Positions 46,126 to 47,445 of a DNA stretch of 47,445 nucleotides are shown one piece after another. The stretch lies in the IMG/VR virus record IMGVR_UViG_3300042923_001771, positions 128,001 to 175,445 of that record; one strand, given 5' to 3'. Position 1 is the stretch's first letter. Each line of letters starts with the position of its first letter. The DNA comes from a virus (Duplodnaviria; Heunggongvirae; Uroviricota; Caudoviricetes). Both the position numbers and the translations under genes were made by a program. Under the pieces are notes generated by a model that saw only the letters and a list, made by a program, of their open reading frames with translations, made no database searches and was not told the origin of the DNA.

Positions 46126-47445
46126 ATGGCAAAAAAACCAGTATCCGATTTGAAATGTTCTTTCTGCAGTAAGAGTCAAGATTCTGTAAAAAAATTAGTA
46201 GCAGGTCCAAGCATTTATATTTGCGATGAATGCGTAGACCTTTGCAAGGAAATCATAGATGAAGAAATGCTTGATACTGATGTTGAAATTTCTTTGGAAG
46301 ATATTCCTCTTCCAGCTGATATCGTTGGTTTGCTTAATAAACACGTTATCGGTCAAGAAAAAGCAAAACGCCAACTAGCAGTAGCAGTTTACAATCACTA
46401 CAAACGTATTAATAGCATCAGTGACAAAAAGGACCCAGTAAAAATTAGAAAATCCAACGTTCTCTTGGTTGGTCCAACTGGTTCCGGTAAAACATTGTTT
46501 GCTCAAACTCTGGCTGAAATGTTGCAAGTTCCATTAGCAATTTCTGATGCAACTTCTTTGACAGAAGCTGGTTACGTTGGTGAAGATGTTGAGAATGTAT
46601 TGCTTCGTCTTATCCAAGCAGCAGACTACGACATTGAATTGGCTGAACGCGGTATCGTTTACATTGACGAAATCGATAAGATCGCACGTAAATCGGAAAA
46701 TTCTTCCATTACAAGAGACGTTTCCGGTGAAGGTGTACAACAAGCTTTGTTGAAAATCTTGGAAGGTACAGTTGCTAAAGTTCCACCCCAAGGTGGACGC
46801 AAACATCCTCATCAAGAAATGCTTGAAATTGATACTTCAAACATTCTATTTATTTGCGGAGGCGCCTTTGATGGATTGGAAAAAATCATTGAAAAACGTC
46901 TTGGTAAAACCTCCATTGGTTTTAGTGGTAAGAGTACAGAAAAGGTTGAGGTTACAGACCAAAACAAAATCTTCACTCACTTACAACCACAAGATATCGT
47001 TCGTTTTGGTTTAATTCCAGAATTTATTGGACGTATTCCAGTAATTGCAACTCTCAACAAACTTGACAAAGATACTCTTATTAGCATTCTTACTGAGCCT
47101 GAAAATGCTATCACAAAACAATATCAAAAATTGTTTAAGATGGATGATGTCGAGCTTGAGTTTAATCATGACGCTCTTGAAGCAATTGCTGATAAAGCTA
47201 TTAAAAACGATACGGGTGCTCGTGGTCTTCAAGCAATCATTGAAAGCATTATGTTAGATGTAATGTTTGAAGTTCCTTCTAAGAAAGCTGAAGTTGCAAA
47301 AGTAATTATTACGAAGGAAAACGTGGAAGGTACTGTTAAGGATCCAATCATAGTAGCAAAAGATCCAACTAACGATATCGAAGCAGCTTCAACAGCTAAG
47401 AAAAAAACAACATCTCGTAAGAAAACAACACCAAAAGCTGAATAA
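46126..47445 (+). CDS. clpX: Clp protease ATP-binding subunit ClpX
   Basis: CSFC...CDEC Zn finger, [39 protein letters not shown] loop; stop codon at the window end. Confidence 0.96.
   Translation: MAKKPVSDLKCSFCSKSQDSVKKLVAGPSIYICDECVDLCKEIIDEEMLDTDVEISLEDIPLPADIVGLLNKHVIGQEKAKRQLAVAVYNHYKRINSISDKKDPVKIRKSNVLLVGPTGSGKTLFAQTLAEMLQVPLAISDATSLTEAGYVGEDVENVLLRLIQAADYDIELAERGIVYIDEIDKIARKSENSSITRDVSGEGVQQALLKILEGTVAKVPPQGGRKHPHQEMLEIDTSNILFICGGAFDGLEKIIEKRLGKTSIGFSGKSTEKVEVTDQNKIFTHLQPQDIVRFGLIPEFIGRIPVIATLNKLDKDTLISILTEPENAITKQYQKLFKMDDVELEFNHDALEAIADKAIKNDTGARGLQAIIESIMLDVMFEVPSKKAEVAKVIITKENVEGTVKDPIIVAKDPTNDIEAASTAKKKTTSRKKTTPKAE

Noticed and set aside
1-47445. Bacterial chromosome interpretation (gyrAB, ligA, clpPX, codY, HU)
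   Set aside because: The genes lack their normal chromosomal neighbours, are divergent, and are interspersed with a virion protein, phage-type replication genes and phage-like promoter classes
1-47445. CRISPR array, tRNA, rRNA, intron or intein
   Set aside because: No repeat-spacer periodicity or cloverleaf was noticed by eye; ligase, gyrase and helicase are of normal length without intein motifs
47386-47445. ClpX basic tail as a member of the KRL tag family
   Set aside because: It lacks the R-L-hydrophobic core; it is a generic K/T-rich tail

Overview
AT-rich segment of a large (jumbo-type) tailed phage genome, most likely infecting a spore-forming Bacillota host. The evidence is a dense mosaic of hypothetical genes, one virion-type protein, many intrinsic terminators, two recurrent promoter classes, and host-like genes out of their chromosomal context. 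It carries a replication module: candidate origin, multi-domain initiator, DnaC-like loader, DnaB helicase, stand-alone primase Zn-finger, SF2 helicase, NAD ligase, type IIA topoisomerase GyrB/GyrA, HU and a PD-(D/E)XK nuclease. It also carries host-derived regulators and auxiliary genes (CodY, YyaC, CoaB, CoaC, ClpP/ClpX, a GT2 synthase, PspA plus a binding-protein/OmpA fusion) and RNA end-processing enzymes. The most striking unexplained signal is a set of at least 7 dispersed proteins of different folds that share a short basic terminal tag (M-K/S/A-R-L-x-K-K/x-A at the N-terminus; xxA-(S-x-I)-K/R-R-L-hydrophobic-K/R at the C-terminus). The set includes two ADP-ribosyltransferase-like paralogs (one missed by the ORF track), two GNAT-like paralogs and a ParB/Srx-like protein. 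This suggests an addressing system for virion-packaged/injected effectors, or a degron for the phage ClpXP. All assignments are by eye; no searches were run.
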